DNA from: a virus
Lineage: Duplodnaviria > Caudoviricetes
Length of the DNA: 64,000 nucleotides
Reading direction: 5' to 3' (one strand)
IMG/VR virus record: IMGVR_UViG_3300037067_021941
Location: 29,135-93,134 of that record
The notes beneath the pieces are model-generated. The model was not told the origin of the DNA, did no database searches, and saw nothing but the letters and a program-made list of their open reading frames with translations. The translations under genes were made by a program, and so were the position numbers. This document shows, in pieces, positions 20,729-32,593 of this stretch. Numbering within the stretch: the first letter of the stretch is position 1; every line of letters begins with the position of its first letter.

Positions 20729-21340
20729 ATGGATACCATCAGGTTTGAACGCAAACTATTCGAATCTCTACTAAACGAGTCTATGACGACCGATGGAATA
20801 ATCTACTCTATCAATAAACAACGTAAGTCAAGACAATTGAATCAATTAAGCCACAATACTAAGATAGATATCGCTGCAAAAATTCAAGCAAAACAAATGG
20901 CGTCTACAGGCGAGTTTGGACATGTTCTAAGAGGAGCAAAATATCCAACACTGGCAGATAGAATGAGAGTAACTGAATATGCTTATTCTAATGCTGGCGA
21001 GGTATTATATTCAGGAATAGATGATACAGAGACAGTAGTACAGTCTTGGCTGAATTCCAAACCCCATCGCGAAGCAATATTGCACCCTGATGTCGAGGAG
21101 ATTGGTATATCTGTACAATATTCCCAAAAAGGAAGACCATATGTCTGTGCGGTGGTGTGCATTCCAATTGGAAAGAAATCAGATACAATTGAAGATATAG
21201 GCGACGAAATTTTAGAAGTCGTAAAAAGGTACGGGAAAACTGCTGGTAAGAAATTACTTATCAAAATAGCTAAATCTGACTATATGAAAGAGATAATCAA
21301 ATCTCCAATAATTCAAAAGATTATAGCAATATTAAGATAA
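20729..21340 (+). CDS. CAP (SCP/Tpx) domain protein
   Basis: INKQR...AKQMA...FGH...AGEVLY...VQSWLNSKPHREAIL...EIGI. Confidence 0.85.
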   Translation: MDTIRFERKLFESLLNESMTTDGIIYSINKQRKSRQLNQLSHNTKIDIAAKIQAKQMASTGEFGHVLRGAKYPTLADRMRVTEYAYSNAGEVLYSGIDDTETVVQSWLNSKPHREAILHPDVEEIGISVQYSQKGRPYVCAVVCIPIGKKSDTIEDIGDEILEVVKRYGKTAGKKLLIKIAKSDYMKEIIKSPIIQKIIAILR

Positions 21341-21350
21341 AACTGCGGTA

Positions 21351-21725
21351 CTAATAAGATGAAATGGAATCGCCCGCTTTAATAAACTTAGCCATCTCCT
21401 CAGGCGTTGCATGTTTAGCGCAGAACATATGGTGATTGAATACATCGGGCTTGTGTTTAATGAATCCGACAGTCATCGCCTGTTCATTGCAACCTTCGGA
21501 TTCGCATTTTTCCTTTGGCCATTCTCGCATGATTGGGGTGAATTCGATACCTTGGATCAGATACAACCGCCAATGCTCACGAGCCTCTTGTTCCGTCGTA
21601 TGACCTGGACAATCAGATGCACATAATCCGACAGGCCATATTCGATCACCATTTCTACATGTGTAGTGAAATAAGCCAGTGGATTTACCATCTTTGATAA
21701 TCTCACGTGGTTGGTAGTAGTTCAT
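21351..21725 (-). CDS. Hypothetical Cys/His-rich protein
   Basis: ATGA overlap with the upstream endonuclease stop. Confidence 0.55.
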   Translation of the reverse strand: MNYYQPREIIKDGKSTGLFHYTCRNGDRIWPVGLCASDCPGHTTEQEAREHWRLYLIQGIEFTPIMREWPKEKCESEGCNEQAMTVGFIKHKPDVFNHHMFCAKHATPEEMAKFIKAGDSISSY

Positions 21726-23284
21726 TTTGAACTCCATAACAATTTATAATGACCAGCACCCCATAATCTACGATATTTATTGTTGAACATGTTTATTGAT
21801 TCCGATAGCGTCGGATCAAATGCCTCTAATCTATTTGATAATTTATGTTTTTGAAAATGCTGTCTGCTAAATAATAGGTCTTTTTTGACATAACAATAAT
21901 CGGGTTTAGTTTTCAATACGACAGTAAATCCGTTGTGTTGATAAGAACTAGCAGACGAATATCTCCTATCAGCATAGCTCATGATTTGTTGTATACCTAT
22001 TTGTTTCACAGCATATTTCAATAATTTTGTAAACCCACCAGCAACACTATGACCACATAGTACAGCGTATCGTATTAATTCATATTGATATTTAGGGTGT
22101 CTTGATAGTGACATGACTGCCAGTAAAGCATCATTGTATTTTAACCCAAAATGCCATGATGCTTTACGCCCACCTTGTAGATGATTTTCATCCATAAATT
22201 TCACAGCGTCTATATTATCAAGCCCAACGATATGACATTTACGTGCTTGGTCTCGATGACTTAACTGCAAATTGTGACTTATCATTGAACAAACAATTTT
22301 GTTTTTACCGTACCATTCGTAATCCCAAAATTGCAGTAGTCGCACACCGGCAGATTCAGCAGCATTTGCTTTATACATGTGCTTTAGTTTCTGTTTTATT
22401 GTTTCTGGTGCACCGTATGAATGACGATAAATACCATGAAACTCAATAGCTAGTTTATGTGCAGGAATATAGATATCTGCCTCGTATGGTTTTAATATAT
22501 TTCTGTCGTTTATAACTAATTGTATATTCAAAGCAGTTAAGAATTCAACTAACTGTTGGTGGCCCTTTGAAACAGAATTAGCCGAAGCACACTTCTGACA
22601 TCCGCACCCATTTAAATGATCTGCTGGTGTTTGCGTAAAAAGACCATGTTTTTCACATCCTATTAAAATTTTATGTCTGCATCCTGCATATTCAGCCTCA
22701 TCGTAATGATATTTATCATTGTGAACGTTACGCGCTTTTGCGGTGAATTCTTCCTTAGTACTCATCAAAGATGTTGATATGGCTCTCCTATACTCATCCG
22801 ATTGCCGCTGCAAAAGAATGGCTGACTTGCGTTCCTCGTCTTGCCAATAACTAGCTGCTAATTTTGCGTTTGTTATTTTAATATCTACCGGAACCGTCAT
22901 CATACCAGCAATAACAGAGGCAGAAAAAGTGGGGTTGTTAACCCTTTGTGCAGCCAGTTTTTGATACACCTCTTTGTTTGTGGCTCTATTTAACTTGGCG
23001 GCACATCGTTTACATCGGACATATCCATCTCTAATAGCCCTGCGTTGCATTTGTCTTGGTTTGCCACAATCAATGCAGTTACATATTACGATATCAGTGT
23101 TTTTGGGCTGTGCTGCATATTTCGCTTTCATTACATCAGACTTGAGTTTGTTGGCATTATCAGACGCACATTTGCCGCATAACACAATACCAGACTTGTG
23201 CAAAGTCTTAAAATAATTTGATATGGTCTTACTACTTTTATCGCCACATTGTGGGCATGTAAATATTTTACGTTTAGCTGCCAT
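21722..23284 (-). mobile_element. Free-standing homing endonuclease (Zn ribbons, Vsr/EDxHD-like nuclease, Hef-like C-terminus)
   Basis: CxxC repeats, CEKHGLF...HLNGCGCQKC, EADIYIPAHKLAIEFHGIYRHS, FWDYEW, NHLQG...SYADRRYS. Confidence 0.8.
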
Positions 23285-23306
23285 ATACTACATTTGATTG
23301 ACGGCA

Positions 23307-25082
23307 TTAAAATGGAATGTCGTCGTCCTCTGTTGGTTTTGATCGGATTTCTTGAATTTCCGATTTAAATGCCTCGCCATAATTAACAGCGTCTTTAAAC
23401 CACGATGGAATCATACTAGCTGCTTCTAACATAAATCTGTTGAAAACTTCATCAAGCACATAAGTGTGTGCCCAGTCAGTCTCACTTCGAATACTGCGAC
23501 CGCATGATTGGATAAGTTTCAAGGCTGTCAACCACTGATAATATCGCCGATCAAGCTCCATTCTTCGCATAAGTTGTTTATTGTCCATGAAATTAGGCCA
23601 TGGTACTTTACAAATCAACTGTACCCTACTTAAATCACCACGCAAATCCAAACCTTCATGCAATGCCGGTGCTACTATGATAGTATTATCGCTATCATTA
23701 TGCCTCCGTAGCATGTCTTCTTTTGTAGCAAATCGTTTTTGATATAAAAATCTATGGCGATGTCGCGACTTTTCCATCAGATAATCAGCAATAGCAAAAT
23801 TGTGCGTATGAATGATACCACGATCATTCTCATATCTATTTAAAATCTGATCTGTCTTTGCAACTAACTTTGGAGCCCATTCGTTCATTTTAGCAGGACC
23901 GCCAACTATTCTAGCTGCACTATCGACAATTATTGGGCGATTCTCGACTGGGAACCTATTCTTCATACGATATGCAGCTACTTGGTTCCTTGGTATGCCC
24001 AAAGAATAGCAAAATATATCAACGTCTAATATTGTCGCACTCATCATCAAAACATTCGAGCCATTATTAAACATCAATTTGTGGGATTTCGAATGTACAA
24101 AAATTGGCTTCAAAACAACAGAGCGATGCGTATGGCGATTTTTCTCTTTACCTTGCTCGACGATTTTGAATTCGGCAACCCAATCTTCACCTTCTTCTAT
24201 GCTAGCGTAAAAAGCATTAATTTTACGAACTAGGCCCTCGTACTCATCAGCTGTTTCAGTGTCCTCAGCCTCTTCGGCTTCATCTACAATTATCTGTATT
24301 TTGGATAATATATTGTTGTCTTTGAATGACATATAGTATTCTTGCGGCATTTCATATTCTTCAAGCTTATATCCAAGCTTCTGTAGTCGCTTATCATCAA
24401 TAGTTATTGATATAAAATCAAGAAGTTGGGGCTCTGCCTGGTGACATTCATCAATAATTAATAGATCGCGTACCGAGAATCTTTGCGCGATGGCTCTTTG
24501 ATATAAGAAACTACTATAATTCATAATTGCCACCTTGGCAATCATTGTCTTAGCTATTTGCTTATAATAAGGGCACAAACTGTGATGCATAGCATTGAAT
24601 GTTTTCTCTGCATAAGACTCGTTTTCACCCGGTTTATACGGAAAACACAATTCGCAACGACGAGCTTTATCCTTTTTGCGACAGTATCCTTTATCACAAG
24701 TTGGAGGCGCATCTAACAATCTATCCAAATCCTTTTGGAACATCGCTTTTCTGGCAACAGCATTCTTACCAAAGTTCCCATAGAAGGCACAGGTATAGGC
24801 TGATCGTCCCTTCAGGTCGACGACTTCACCGCTACCGAAATCTTTCATTATCTGTGTCTGCAGAACTTTCTGAACGGTAAGGTAATAGCTACTTGTAAAG
24901 AATTTCGCAACAGCCATACCAATAGCCGACTTACCTGCACCAGTTGGTGCTTCGAGAACGACATACTTCTTACCAGACATGAATGCTTTGAGTATAAATT
25001 CGATACATTCAAGCTGGCCTTCTCTGAAAGTATCGAATGGAAAATATTCCGGTATTTTGCTTAGGTCGAATTCTAATTTCAT
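23307..25082 (-). CDS. DinG/YoaA (Rad3-like) SF2 helicase
   Basis: EAPTGAGKS, Cys cluster with CPYY, DECH, MSAT, EGLD, KVPWP, QSCGRSIR. Confidence 0.9.
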   Translation of the reverse strand: MKLEFDLSKIPEYFPFDTFREGQLECIEFILKAFMSGKKYVVLEAPTGAGKSAIGMAVAKFFTSSYYLTVQKVLQTQIMKDFGSGEVVDLKGRSAYTCAFYGNFGKNAVARKAMFQKDLDRLLDAPPTCDKGYCRKKDKARRCELCFPYKPGENESYAEKTFNAMHHSLCPYYKQIAKTMIAKVAIMNYSSFLYQRAIAQRFSVRDLLIIDECHQAEPQLLDFISITIDDKRLQKLGYKLEEYEMPQEYYMSFKDNNILSKIQIIVDEAEEAEDTETADEYEGLVRKINAFYASIEEGEDWVAEFKIVEQGKEKNRHTHRSVVLKPIFVHSKSHKLMFNNGSNVLMMSATILDVDIFCYSLGIPRNQVAAYRMKNRFPVENRPIIVDSAARIVGGPAKMNEWAPKLVAKTDQILNRYENDRGIIHTHNFAIADYLMEKSRHRHRFLYQKRFATKEDMLRRHNDSDNTIIVAPALHEGLDLRGDLSRVQLICKVPWPNFMDNKQLMRRMELDRRYYQWLTALKLIQSCGRSIRSETDWAHTYVLDEVFNRFMLEAASMIPSWFKDAVNYGEAFKSEIQEIRSKPTEDDDIPF

Positions 25083-25083
25083 T

Positions 25084-25275
25084 TTAAATAGTTGGTTTTA
25101 TGCCCAACAACACCTGTGTATTCCGTATAAATTCTCTATCAATTGGTTCCAAAATCTCAGAGGATATTTTTGCAAGTTTCGCACAACTTGTGCATAGCAT
25201 GCGAGAACCATCTAGATACTTCACTTCAACAACACCGTCGTTTTGACAGCTAAAATTTCTCGATTGGCATCTCAT
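25084..25275 (-). CDS. Small hypothetical protein (possible Zn-binding)
   Basis: Fills the gap between co-oriented genes; CxxC. Confidence 0.45.
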   Translation of the reverse strand: MRCQSRNFSCQNDGVVEVKYLDGSRMLCTSCAKLAKISSEILEPIDREFIRNTQVLLGIKPTI

Positions 25276-25290
25276 CCAAATTCAAATACT

Positions 25291-25539
25291 TTATGTAGTA
25301 GTAGCTATATCAGAAGCTACCGCTTTACTCCATTTTACCCATAAATCTTTTATCGATTCTAAGTATTTTAGTGGTAACTCAACTTCGCCGTTTTTCTCTA
25401 ACGCTGCAAAGCTTCCAAATTTAACTAATTTCCTAGTGTCTATATCGTGAAAAGAGTGAGCCCATTCACAGAATCGCAACCAAGTCTCTTTGCTTGTGTC
25501 AATGTTGTTTAAGGCACTCTGTAGATTTTCATTAAACAT
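25291..25539 (-). CDS. Hypothetical protein
   Basis: GAGGTG RBS before ATG. Confidence 0.6.
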   Translation of the reverse strand: MFNENLQSALNNIDTSKETWLRFCEWAHSFHDIDTRKLVKFGSFAALEKNGEVELPLKYLESIKDLWVKWSKAVASDIATTT

Positions 25540-25564
25540 AAATCACCTCTCATAAAAATTTGAC

Positions 25565-26671
25565 ATGACAAAAATAGCAATTATTGCCGACGTTCATCTT
25601 GGATATTCAGGACGTAATAATGACATTTTGTGGGCTTTGAGAACTGTTAGAAATTATTGCCATAACCATGATATCGATATTGTCATAGTTCTCGGTGATC
25701 TTTTTCACGACAGACAACATCTATCTATAGAAATACTTTGTGGAGCTTATGATTTTTTCAAAGAAGCGAAAAATGAATATAACCAACAATGGATTGCATT
25801 CCCAGGTAATCACGATATGTTCTTAAAACATAGCTGGGACATTAATAGCATCCGTCCACTTGGTGAGCTTCTGACTATTATCGACACAGTCAAGATTTTA
25901 GAAATTGATGGCAGAAGATATTGGATATTGCCATTTGTATACTCCGAATCAGCATATATGCGGATTCTAGAGCGAATAGAAAAACAAGCGAGTAAAGAAG
26001 ACGTGTTGCTTACGCATGTCGGAGTTAATAACGCAATCCAGAATGTATGCTTCTTATTACAAAGATGGTCAATGGTAACATTTATTCAAAGCAAGTTTGA
26101 TCGCGTGTATGCCGGACATTTCCATCTTTGTCAACATGTGCATAATAATCTTTGGTATCCTGGTAGCATCATACCTTTTAAATTCGACGAAGGTGATACT
26201 GAACATGGATTCTTTGTTTTCGACCAAGACAAAAACGAACATGTATTCATTGATGTTTTCGCAGAGAGTAGATTATCAGCACCAAAAATAGCAACACCAC
26301 CTCAATTTTGTACATTCGCCGAAGAATTTCTCGATAAAAAGACAGAAACTGACGTAACTGGTAATATTATCAGAATAGCCACGACTAGAGACTATACACC
26401 AAACGAAACACAAGAAATACGTGAACACTTTATGTCAATGGGTGCTAAGAAGGTTACTTTTATTAACCTATCTGATGATGAAGCACCGAATGCGAAATTA
26501 TTGGAATTTGAACCAATAAAAATAGAAGATTTGTTTGCTAGGTGGTTCGATCAAGACTTACGCAATGCAAAAGATTTACGACGCAATTTAGCAATCAGAT
26601 TAAATCGAGAAATAGTTGACGAAGGCAACGAATTATACTCTAAACGAATGGACCCAGATGCCATCATTTAA
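25565..26671 (+). CDS. Mre11/SbcD/gp47-like metallophosphoesterase nuclease
   Basis: ADVHLG, LGDLFH, PGNHD, LTH, AGHFH, YPGS. Confidence 0.9.
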   Translation: MTKIAIIADVHLGYSGRNNDILWALRTVRNYCHNHDIDIVIVLGDLFHDRQHLSIEILCGAYDFFKEAKNEYNQQWIAFPGNHDMFLKHSWDINSIRPLGELLTIIDTVKILEIDGRRYWILPFVYSESAYMRILERIEKQASKEDVLLTHVGVNNAIQNVCFLLQRWSMVTFIQSKFDRVYAGHFHLCQHVHNNLWYPGSIIPFKFDEGDTEHGFFVFDQDKNEHVFIDVFAESRLSAPKIATPPQFCTFAEEFLDKKTETDVTGNIIRIATTRDYTPNETQEIREHFMSMGAKKVTFINLSDDEAPNAKLLEFEPIKIEDLFARWFDQDLRNAKDLRRNLAIRLNREIVDEGNELYSKRMDPDAII

Positions 26672-26879
26672 CGAGCCAACGCTTACATTTCGAACGTTAT
26701 ACCTAGGTAAGATTACTATTCCAGCATCAATCATTGTAAAATGGACCGAACGTTTAGATGTGACTGACAGGCTAGAGCATTGTGCGGAGATCACGTTAAG
26801 AGATGGTACGTTTTTAATCGCTACCGACAGAATGACGCACAATGCGCGAAAAAACAAGAAAAATTGGCATCACTGTTAG
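26658..26879 (+). CDS. Small hypothetical protein
   Basis: ATG overlapping the end of the nuclease gene. Confidence 0.4.
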   Translation: MPSFNEPTLTFRTLYLGKITIPASIIVKWTERLDVTDRLEHCAEITLRDGTFLIATDRMTHNARKNKKNWHHC

Positions 26880-28609
26880 TTCTTCTTTTTGCTCGGTTTC
26901 TTAATAACATTCTTTTCCGCCACAACTGGCGCGTACTTGCGGAAGCATAATAAATTATTCGTAAACCATCTCATAAAATAACCATCGAAGCAATATTCTA
27001 GACATTTGTTTTGCAGATCCAACTCATGAATAAGTCCTAAATTCTTAAATTTATCACACCAATATTGCTTGGGACGACAATTGATATGCCCAACTCCACC
27101 TTGCCCAGGTTGTGCTGCAGTCCAAATAAGAATGCCGTTAGGTGAGAGACAATCGTAAATTTGTTTTGCGATCTGATCAGAATATTGTGGGTCAATGTGC
27201 TCCGCAACTTCTAAACAGACGACCAATGGTTTTTGATACTTACCATTTAACCTCAAAAGGTCCTCAACAAACAAATTTTCTTCATTATCGATACGTGGAT
27301 CAATATCAATACCTATGCAATTGACGCCGATATCAGTCATCGCATAGGTATAAGTTCCGGGACCACATCCGATATCAATGACATCATTCGGGTTAATGAC
27401 CTCTTTAATCCAAGTAGCCAACCGATTTGCGAACGGCCTCTCTTCTAAAGCTACCTGCTCGTAATCGATCTGCTCTTTTGTGATAACCGGATATATTTTT
27501 TTATTGAAGCCTAATTCGGTGCGATTTGGTTTCGGCTCATACCAGCCCTGCTTACCGTGAATGTCGAGAACAGATTCGAAGAATTCTTCGTACATCCCTG
27601 CAACTCGTTCCATTGAGAAGTTGTTTAACGCCCACTCGCGACAGATGTGTGGGTTGATTTTATGAATATTTTTGGCAGCCCAAACAAACTGTTCAAACGT
27701 ATGGCAGCGATAGCCTGTTATGCCGTGTAGATTATTCTCAGTGAAGGCACCCCAGTCTGTTGTGATAGTCGGTGTTCCAGAGAACAAGCTTTCAATTTGA
27801 ACACCGCCAAAAGGTTCATTATATTGACTGGCTAAGATCAAACCCTTTGCGCGTGCCATTAATTTCTTACGCTTATCGATATCAGCATAGCCGACAAATT
27901 CAACATGTCCATCATCAGCAAGCTTATATTCTTCATCTCTCTGCCCCGCTACCACAAGTTTAGCTCCAATAGCTTTCGTTACTTGTTCCGCGATATGAAT
28001 CCCCTTACCAACATAAACGCGACCACAGAATAGGAAATAGTCATCTTTTTCAGCTGAAAATTCAAATTCATCTGGATTAAAGTAATTCGGAATGACGACG
28101 TCATACCAATTCTGCATACAAGTACCGACAGATTGTAATCCGTAAAAAGCGTGATATATAGCATACGACTCGAAAATCTTGTACTTTGCCCAATGGCCAC
28201 CAGCATATCCAATACCTGGCTCAACGCAAATCAGATCAGGATGAGCATCACAAATCGGCCTATGCCCGGAGCCCCAAAAGGGCAAAATGAAATCGTTTTT
28301 CTGTTTTCTGATACCGATTTCTGCTATCGCATTTCTATTGAATGTTGTATAAGCGTGGTCATTTGTGTCGAATTTAAAGAAATGCTTGCGCCAATCATGA
28401 TCGCCGTAAGCTTTTTTCCAATCTTCGTTTGTTAAAACCGGCACATGTTCTGAGCACTGTAAGTCTGAATCTTCATGGCCATAGTGGATGACGGTATGTC
28501 CGCGATCGGTCATCATTTTGGCAAATTTGACGACTTTCTGCGTATATGCACAGGCAACAAACTCTTTGGATGAGACTGTATGTTGGAGTCCCATTATATG
28601 AAAACGCAT
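26876..28609 (-). CDS. GT4 glycosyltransferase fused to a class I SAM methyltransferase
   Basis: FCGRV...[18 protein letters not shown]; then [15 protein letters not shown]. Confidence 0.85.
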   Translation of the reverse strand: MRFHIMGLQHTVSSKEFVACAYTQKVVKFAKMMTDRGHTVIHYGHEDSDLQCSEHVPVLTNEDWKKAYGDHDWRKHFFKFDTNDHAYTTFNRNAIAEIGIRKQKNDFILPFWGSGHRPICDAHPDLICVEPGIGYAGGHWAKYKIFESYAIYHAFYGLQSVGTCMQNWYDVVIPNYFNPDEFEFSAEKDDYFLFCGRVYVGKGIHIAEQVTKAIGAKLVVAGQRDEEYKLADDGHVEFVGYADIDKRKKLMARAKGLILASQYNEPFGGVQIESLFSGTPTITTDWGAFTENNLHGITGYRCHTFEQFVWAAKNIHKINPHICREWALNNFSMERVAGMYEEFFESVLDIHGKQGWYEPKPNRTELGFNKKIYPVITKEQIDYEQVALEERPFANRLATWIKEVINPNDVIDIGCGPGTYTYAMTDIGVNCIGIDIDPRIDNEENLFVEDLLRLNGKYQKPLVVCLEVAEHIDPQYSDQIAKQIYDCLSPNGILIWTAAQPGQGGVGHINCRPKQYWCDKFKNLGLIHELDLQNKCLEYCFDGYFMRWFTNNLLCFRKYAPVVAEKNVIKKPSKKKN

Positions 28610-28649
28610 TTTATACTCCTTGAACGGATTTTGTGATTCTTTTAAATAC

Positions 28650-30251
28650 TCAGTATTGTTTTAGTGTATTCAAGAAATTCTTAACATCGCCACTAGGCAT
28701 CTCTATTCTTGTAAACGATTCTGGATATAAAACGCTAAGTATGGTATAAAACGCTTCTTCTGTGCCCATATATTTATTTTGAATGGCCCATTCTATTTCA
28801 GAATAAAATAATGGTGTCACATGTTGGATTTGCTGTTTCGTTCCACCAAATAGTGTGGCTCGACAGACGTAATTTGGATTCCTGGTGCATCGCTCAATCA
28901 TCCCATTAATATTATAGCCGTGTATCTCAGCATTCGTATAGTATGGATATGATGTAATGAAAAATTTGTCTTTTGGTATTCTCGTAAAATAGAACTGATT
29001 AAGATCATCAGATATGTGAAAACTATTACATATACCAGAGTCGATCCAATAAAAATAACTACTATTATTAGTTCTGGTGGCGGCATCTAACATACGCTGT
29101 TTCATCAACGTCATAGCAACATAGTGCCGCGAGCTTATAACACTGTCCTTCATCCATGCGGATTGGGTATCCCAACCGAAACTAGAAACAACATCAAGCA
29201 CACCTTGAAAATAATCACATGCTTCGATATCGGTAGTATTGAACTTAACAAGAGTTAAATCGTGATTACCTCGTAACTTTTTCATTAATTCGAAATGTTT
29301 TTCATCACAGTGTAGAATTAAACGATGCCTAGTATTTAGTATCTTCTTGACACCCTCTAAGTAATGAGTCTCAAAATCTCTGTCGTTTCTACCAAGATCA
29401 ACTAACATAGAAACAAGAGTGATGTCATGCGGATGACGGTAGCCTTTATCAAGAAAACGATAATTGAACTGTGGATAAATCCTGTCGTGTTTCAGTTCAT
29501 TCGGAATATAATCCTCTGGTGTTTTGGTATCATCCGGCCTTCTACCAGCAATCGCACTGCAATCGTCCCCAAGATGTCTTACATATTCCTGGCCGCCTAA
29601 GAATACTGCTTTATATCCTAACGCTAAAAATTTCCTATCAATATTCCATTCGTTATGCCATTTCTCAACACGACCAAGCCATATCAGATCATCACGTCGT
29701 TTGAGATTAGGACTGCCAACCCACCCATACCAAGCCAGATGATAATCTGTTATTGTCCAGGGTTTCTTGTTATAGTAAGAGACCTTTGTGCCGTCATTAG
29801 CCGTGAATGTAATTAAATTCTTATCGTAAGCTTTGATCCCTTGCCATTCGAATGTTCGCCAAGAAATATCGACAGTGCCGATATTTCTATACTTTTGCAG
29901 TATACGCTTAGAATCAATTAGATAACCGGGTTTTAGAAATTCCCAATCGTCTTCTAAATAGAAAATGTATTCGGAATCGCAATATGATACCATGAAATCC
30001 ATAGCCCACCACTGGCTACGATTTCTAGGGAAGCAAATAACATCACAATAAGTGCCATATTCTTCTACAAGCTTTTCAAAAACGCCCTCAACTGCACTAT
30101 CGTCGACTATCACCATCTTGGTTGCGTAGTCTCTTGTGGCTATAAATGATGCCAATGTTTTTCTTAGAACGTCTAGCCTATTACAACTCAAAACGAATGT
30201 TGTAGTATCTGAATCTGGTTGTTCTACTGTATGAAACTTAGCTTTGTTCAT
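28650..30251 (-). CDS. GT2-like domain fused to an HtrL/YibB-like domain
   Basis: IVDDS, YLEDDW; then [12 protein letters not shown]...YFYWIDSG...LFGG...GTEE. Confidence 0.7.
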   Translation of the reverse strand: MNKAKFHTVEQPDSDTTTFVLSCNRLDVLRKTLASFIATRDYATKMVIVDDSAVEGVFEKLVEEYGTYCDVICFPRNRSQWWAMDFMVSYCDSEYIFYLEDDWEFLKPGYLIDSKRILQKYRNIGTVDISWRTFEWQGIKAYDKNLITFTANDGTKVSYYNKKPWTITDYHLAWYGWVGSPNLKRRDDLIWLGRVEKWHNEWNIDRKFLALGYKAVFLGGQEYVRHLGDDCSAIAGRRPDDTKTPEDYIPNELKHDRIYPQFNYRFLDKGYRHPHDITLVSMLVDLGRNDRDFETHYLEGVKKILNTRHRLILHCDEKHFELMKKLRGNHDLTLVKFNTTDIEACDYFQGVLDVVSSFGWDTQSAWMKDSVISSRHYVAMTLMKQRMLDAATRTNNSSYFYWIDSGICNSFHISDDLNQFYFTRIPKDKFFITSYPYYTNAEIHGYNINGMIERCTRNPNYVCRATLFGGTKQQIQHVTPLFYSEIEWAIQNKYMGTEEAFYTILSVLYPESFTRIEMPSGDVKNFLNTLKQY

Positions 30252-30343
30252 GCTTTTCCTCTATTTGACCAGTTCAAAATAACATTCTACTGAACCAATA
30301 TGTTATATACATATTGATTGTGTCGAGAGAACGGTCAAAGAGT

Positions 30344-30598
30344 CTAAGGTGTGGCAGATTCGCCAAGAAAAGCTTTGTAGTGATTTTTAGCTATATCGAA
30401 ATAATGTGGTGGAATTGCGGTACCTTGTTCTAGTTGCTCAGCCATCTGTCTAAGATAAGTAATGGTCGAATTTAGAGCCTGCTGCTTGGTCATCTGCCCA
30501 AAACCCTGGACCATAATAAGCGGGGACTCATTGACGTCCTCAGAAATCATCCTAGAAAGTTCACTAATATCATCGTTTGATAAGTTGAGTCCAACCAT
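30344..30598 (-). CDS. Hypothetical protein
   Basis: 84-aa ORF in a co-oriented run. Confidence 0.55.
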   Translation of the reverse strand: MVGLNLSNDDISELSRMISEDVNESPLIMVQGFGQMTKQQALNSTITYLRQMAEQLEQGTAIPPHYFDIAKNHYKAFLGESATP

Positions 30599-30603
30599 GA
30601 TTT

Positions 30604-30996
30604 TTAGTTGTCCAAATGGCTCAGTGCAGAGTCGACAGAATTGAATAATTGACGAATGACTTTCTCGTTGCCATCCTTCGTACCGGCGAAATGAGCCAAT
30701 ACGGTATTATTATCTAAATTGTCAAAATTCTTATCTCCCCACATATGTGATCCTTTTAATGAATCATGCATGAGGTACCTAGCTAAATTATCATCTACTA
30801 CGAATAAATAGGTGTGATTTATTACTGGTTTATGCAATTTGAACGGTATGCCAAACGAGCCCAACCACACTTTGACATATTTTTGGGTTGATGCTGGTAA
30901 TTCACCAAGATTGACATCGACGAGATTTAACTGTCCACTCTCTACTATTTCGTTGTATCGATTTATTGTGTCTTGTACGCGATCAATCTTACCCAT
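30604..30996 (-). CDS. Hypothetical protein
   Basis: GGAG RBS. TATAAATA on the minus strand at 31021-31028. Confidence 0.6.
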   Translation of the reverse strand: MGKIDRVQDTINRYNEIVESGQLNLVDVNLGELPASTQKYVKVWLGSFGIPFKLHKPVINHTYLFVVDDNLARYLMHDSLKGSHMWGDKNFDNLDNNTVLAHFAGTKDGNEKVIRQLFNSVDSALSHLDN

Positions 30997-31056
30997 AATA
31001 TCTCCAATAGTGTCGTCTTCTATTTATAATTTGATTGACTCGTGCTATTATAACAT

Positions 31057-31422
31057 ATGTCAAAGGTCGAACGCTATTTCCGCTTAGCCAAAACAATAGC
31101 TGTCAAGGGGGATACTCCTGTAATCAAGCGTAACCATCGTCTTGGTGCAGTCGGTATTAGAAGCGATGGTGTAATCGTGACTGCAAGTAATATACCTTGC
31201 AGAGATTTATATGCAATGGCGCATGCTGAAGCCAGACTGGTTAAGAAGTTGAATTATGGATCAGAAATATTTGTAGTTAGAATACTCAGTAATAATACTC
31301 TTGGCAATGCTTGTCCGTGTATCAAATGTCAAAACGCAATGAGACTTAGAGGTATACGACGCGTATATTATTCAATCTCAGACGACAAATATGGCGTAAT
31401 AGTCTTCGCGAATCTACGCTGA
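31057..31422 (+). CDS. Zn-dependent cytidine/dCMP deaminase-like protein
   Basis: HAE...PCIKC...VYYS. Confidence 0.8.
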   Translation: MSKVERYFRLAKTIAVKGDTPVIKRNHRLGAVGIRSDGVIVTASNIPCRDLYAMAHAEARLVKKLNYGSEIFVVRILSNNTLGNACPCIKCQNAMRLRGIRRVYYSISDDKYGVIVFANLR

Positions 31423-31968
31423 TTCTGGTTTTTGAATAGCCCAAGATTGCCAATCTTTTGGGTATTCTTGCGTTAAAAGCAATGTAAGATTGTTATCAGC
31501 AACAAACTTGTCGACATCCGGCTTCACATTAGACCACAATTTATAAACATAATCGTGGCCACACAACCATCCTCTTGATTTTATTTTTGGCCACCATGCA
31601 GCTATATCTTCTGCCGCTTTCGTATGGTCGGCATCGATATAAATAATGTCAAGGCTCTTATTTGGAAACTTTGCAGACACGGCAAGAGAAAAGCCTTTAA
31701 TAATTTGGATTCTATTATTATTAGCGAACCTGTCGCGAACATATTGGTAGTTAGTGTCGTGATCAGACTTCGCCGCACCATCTTTCTCTTGCCAGACTGT
31801 TCCGGGTTGTGATTGCCAAGAATCGATTAAATAGAGCATTGATGGATCGTTTTCTGCTAAAATCGTTGCAGAGAAATCACCACGCAATACACCAACTTCT
31901 GCAACCATCCTACAATGCGGAAGTGAACGCATCAAACTAGTTCTATCAGACAAATTAAGATTGTGCAT
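31414..31968 (-). CDS. Class I SAM methyltransferase (Methyltransf_24-like)
   Basis: AEVGVLRG, IDSW, IYIDADH, GWLCGHDY. Confidence 0.85.
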   Translation of the reverse strand: MHNLNLSDRTSLMRSLPHCRMVAEVGVLRGDFSATILAENDPSMLYLIDSWQSQPGTVWQEKDGAAKSDHDTNYQYVRDRFANNNRIQIIKGFSLAVSAKFPNKSLDIIYIDADHTKAAEDIAAWWPKIKSRGWLCGHDYVYKLWSNVKPDVDKFVADNNLTLLLTQEYPKDWQSWAIQKPESA

Positions 31969-32002
31969 GTTACCCTCGGTTAATCATCCATGATTATATA
32001 CC

Positions 32003-32551
32003 CTATTGAGTGTGAGTTGCTATAAACTCCTCGGATGACATCCAACGTTTGTGCTCGACAGACAGGACCTTTGAGAAAGCACCGATAAGAGTCGGGTTGT
32101 GTACAGCGGCGATGATTTGGTGATTCGTTGCTCGCAGCTTCGCGATAATTTTGTGAATTGATCTGATACTTAAAGCCATATCTGGTTCATCTAAAACAAA
32201 ACATTTCTTCGTATCAGATTGTTCCCCTAAGACGTCAAACAAGGCAAGGACGCAATTACCATGCGATTGAAAACGCATATACACATCAGCAGCGAATTCA
32301 ATATGGGCCTTAGTTCTTGGATTGTCGCGTTCAAAATCGAATATCCGCAGTTCGACCGTGCCTTCGCATTTCAGGTCAGCTATATTCTTTAACTCTGTCT
32401 TTTGGTTGATTCCTTTTCGAAATAACGTAAGAATAGAACTCTTACCCGTTCCTTGGTCGCCAACTAGTAGATTAACACCGGGCTCGAACTCAAAGAAGTC
32501 ACCCTCTTTGAAGCATCGCCAATCTGTTTTGAATTTAATTGATTTGATCAT
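32003..32551 (-). CDS. Small ABC-type ATPase (COG3910-like, no membrane partner)
   Basis: Walker A GDQGTGKS, signature QSHG, Walker B VLDEPD, H-loop AVHN. Confidence 0.85.
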   Translation of the reverse strand: MIKSIKFKTDWRCFKEGDFFEFEPGVNLLVGDQGTGKSSILTLFRKGINQKTELKNIADLKCEGTVELRIFDFERDNPRTKAHIEFAADVYMRFQSHGNCVLALFDVLGEQSDTKKCFVLDEPDMALSIRSIHKIIAKLRATNHQIIAAVHNPTLIGAFSKVLSVEHKRWMSSEEFIATHTQ

Positions 32552-32554
32552 GAT

Positions 32555-32593
32555 AAAAAAGTGCCCCAGTGGACATATCCGGTCCACCGGGGC
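32555..32593 (-). terminator. Intrinsic terminator-like hairpin + U-tract closing the ncRNA
   Basis: Minus strand GCCCCGGTGGAC-CGGATAT-GTCCACTGGGGC followed by ACTTTTTT. Confidence 0.6.
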
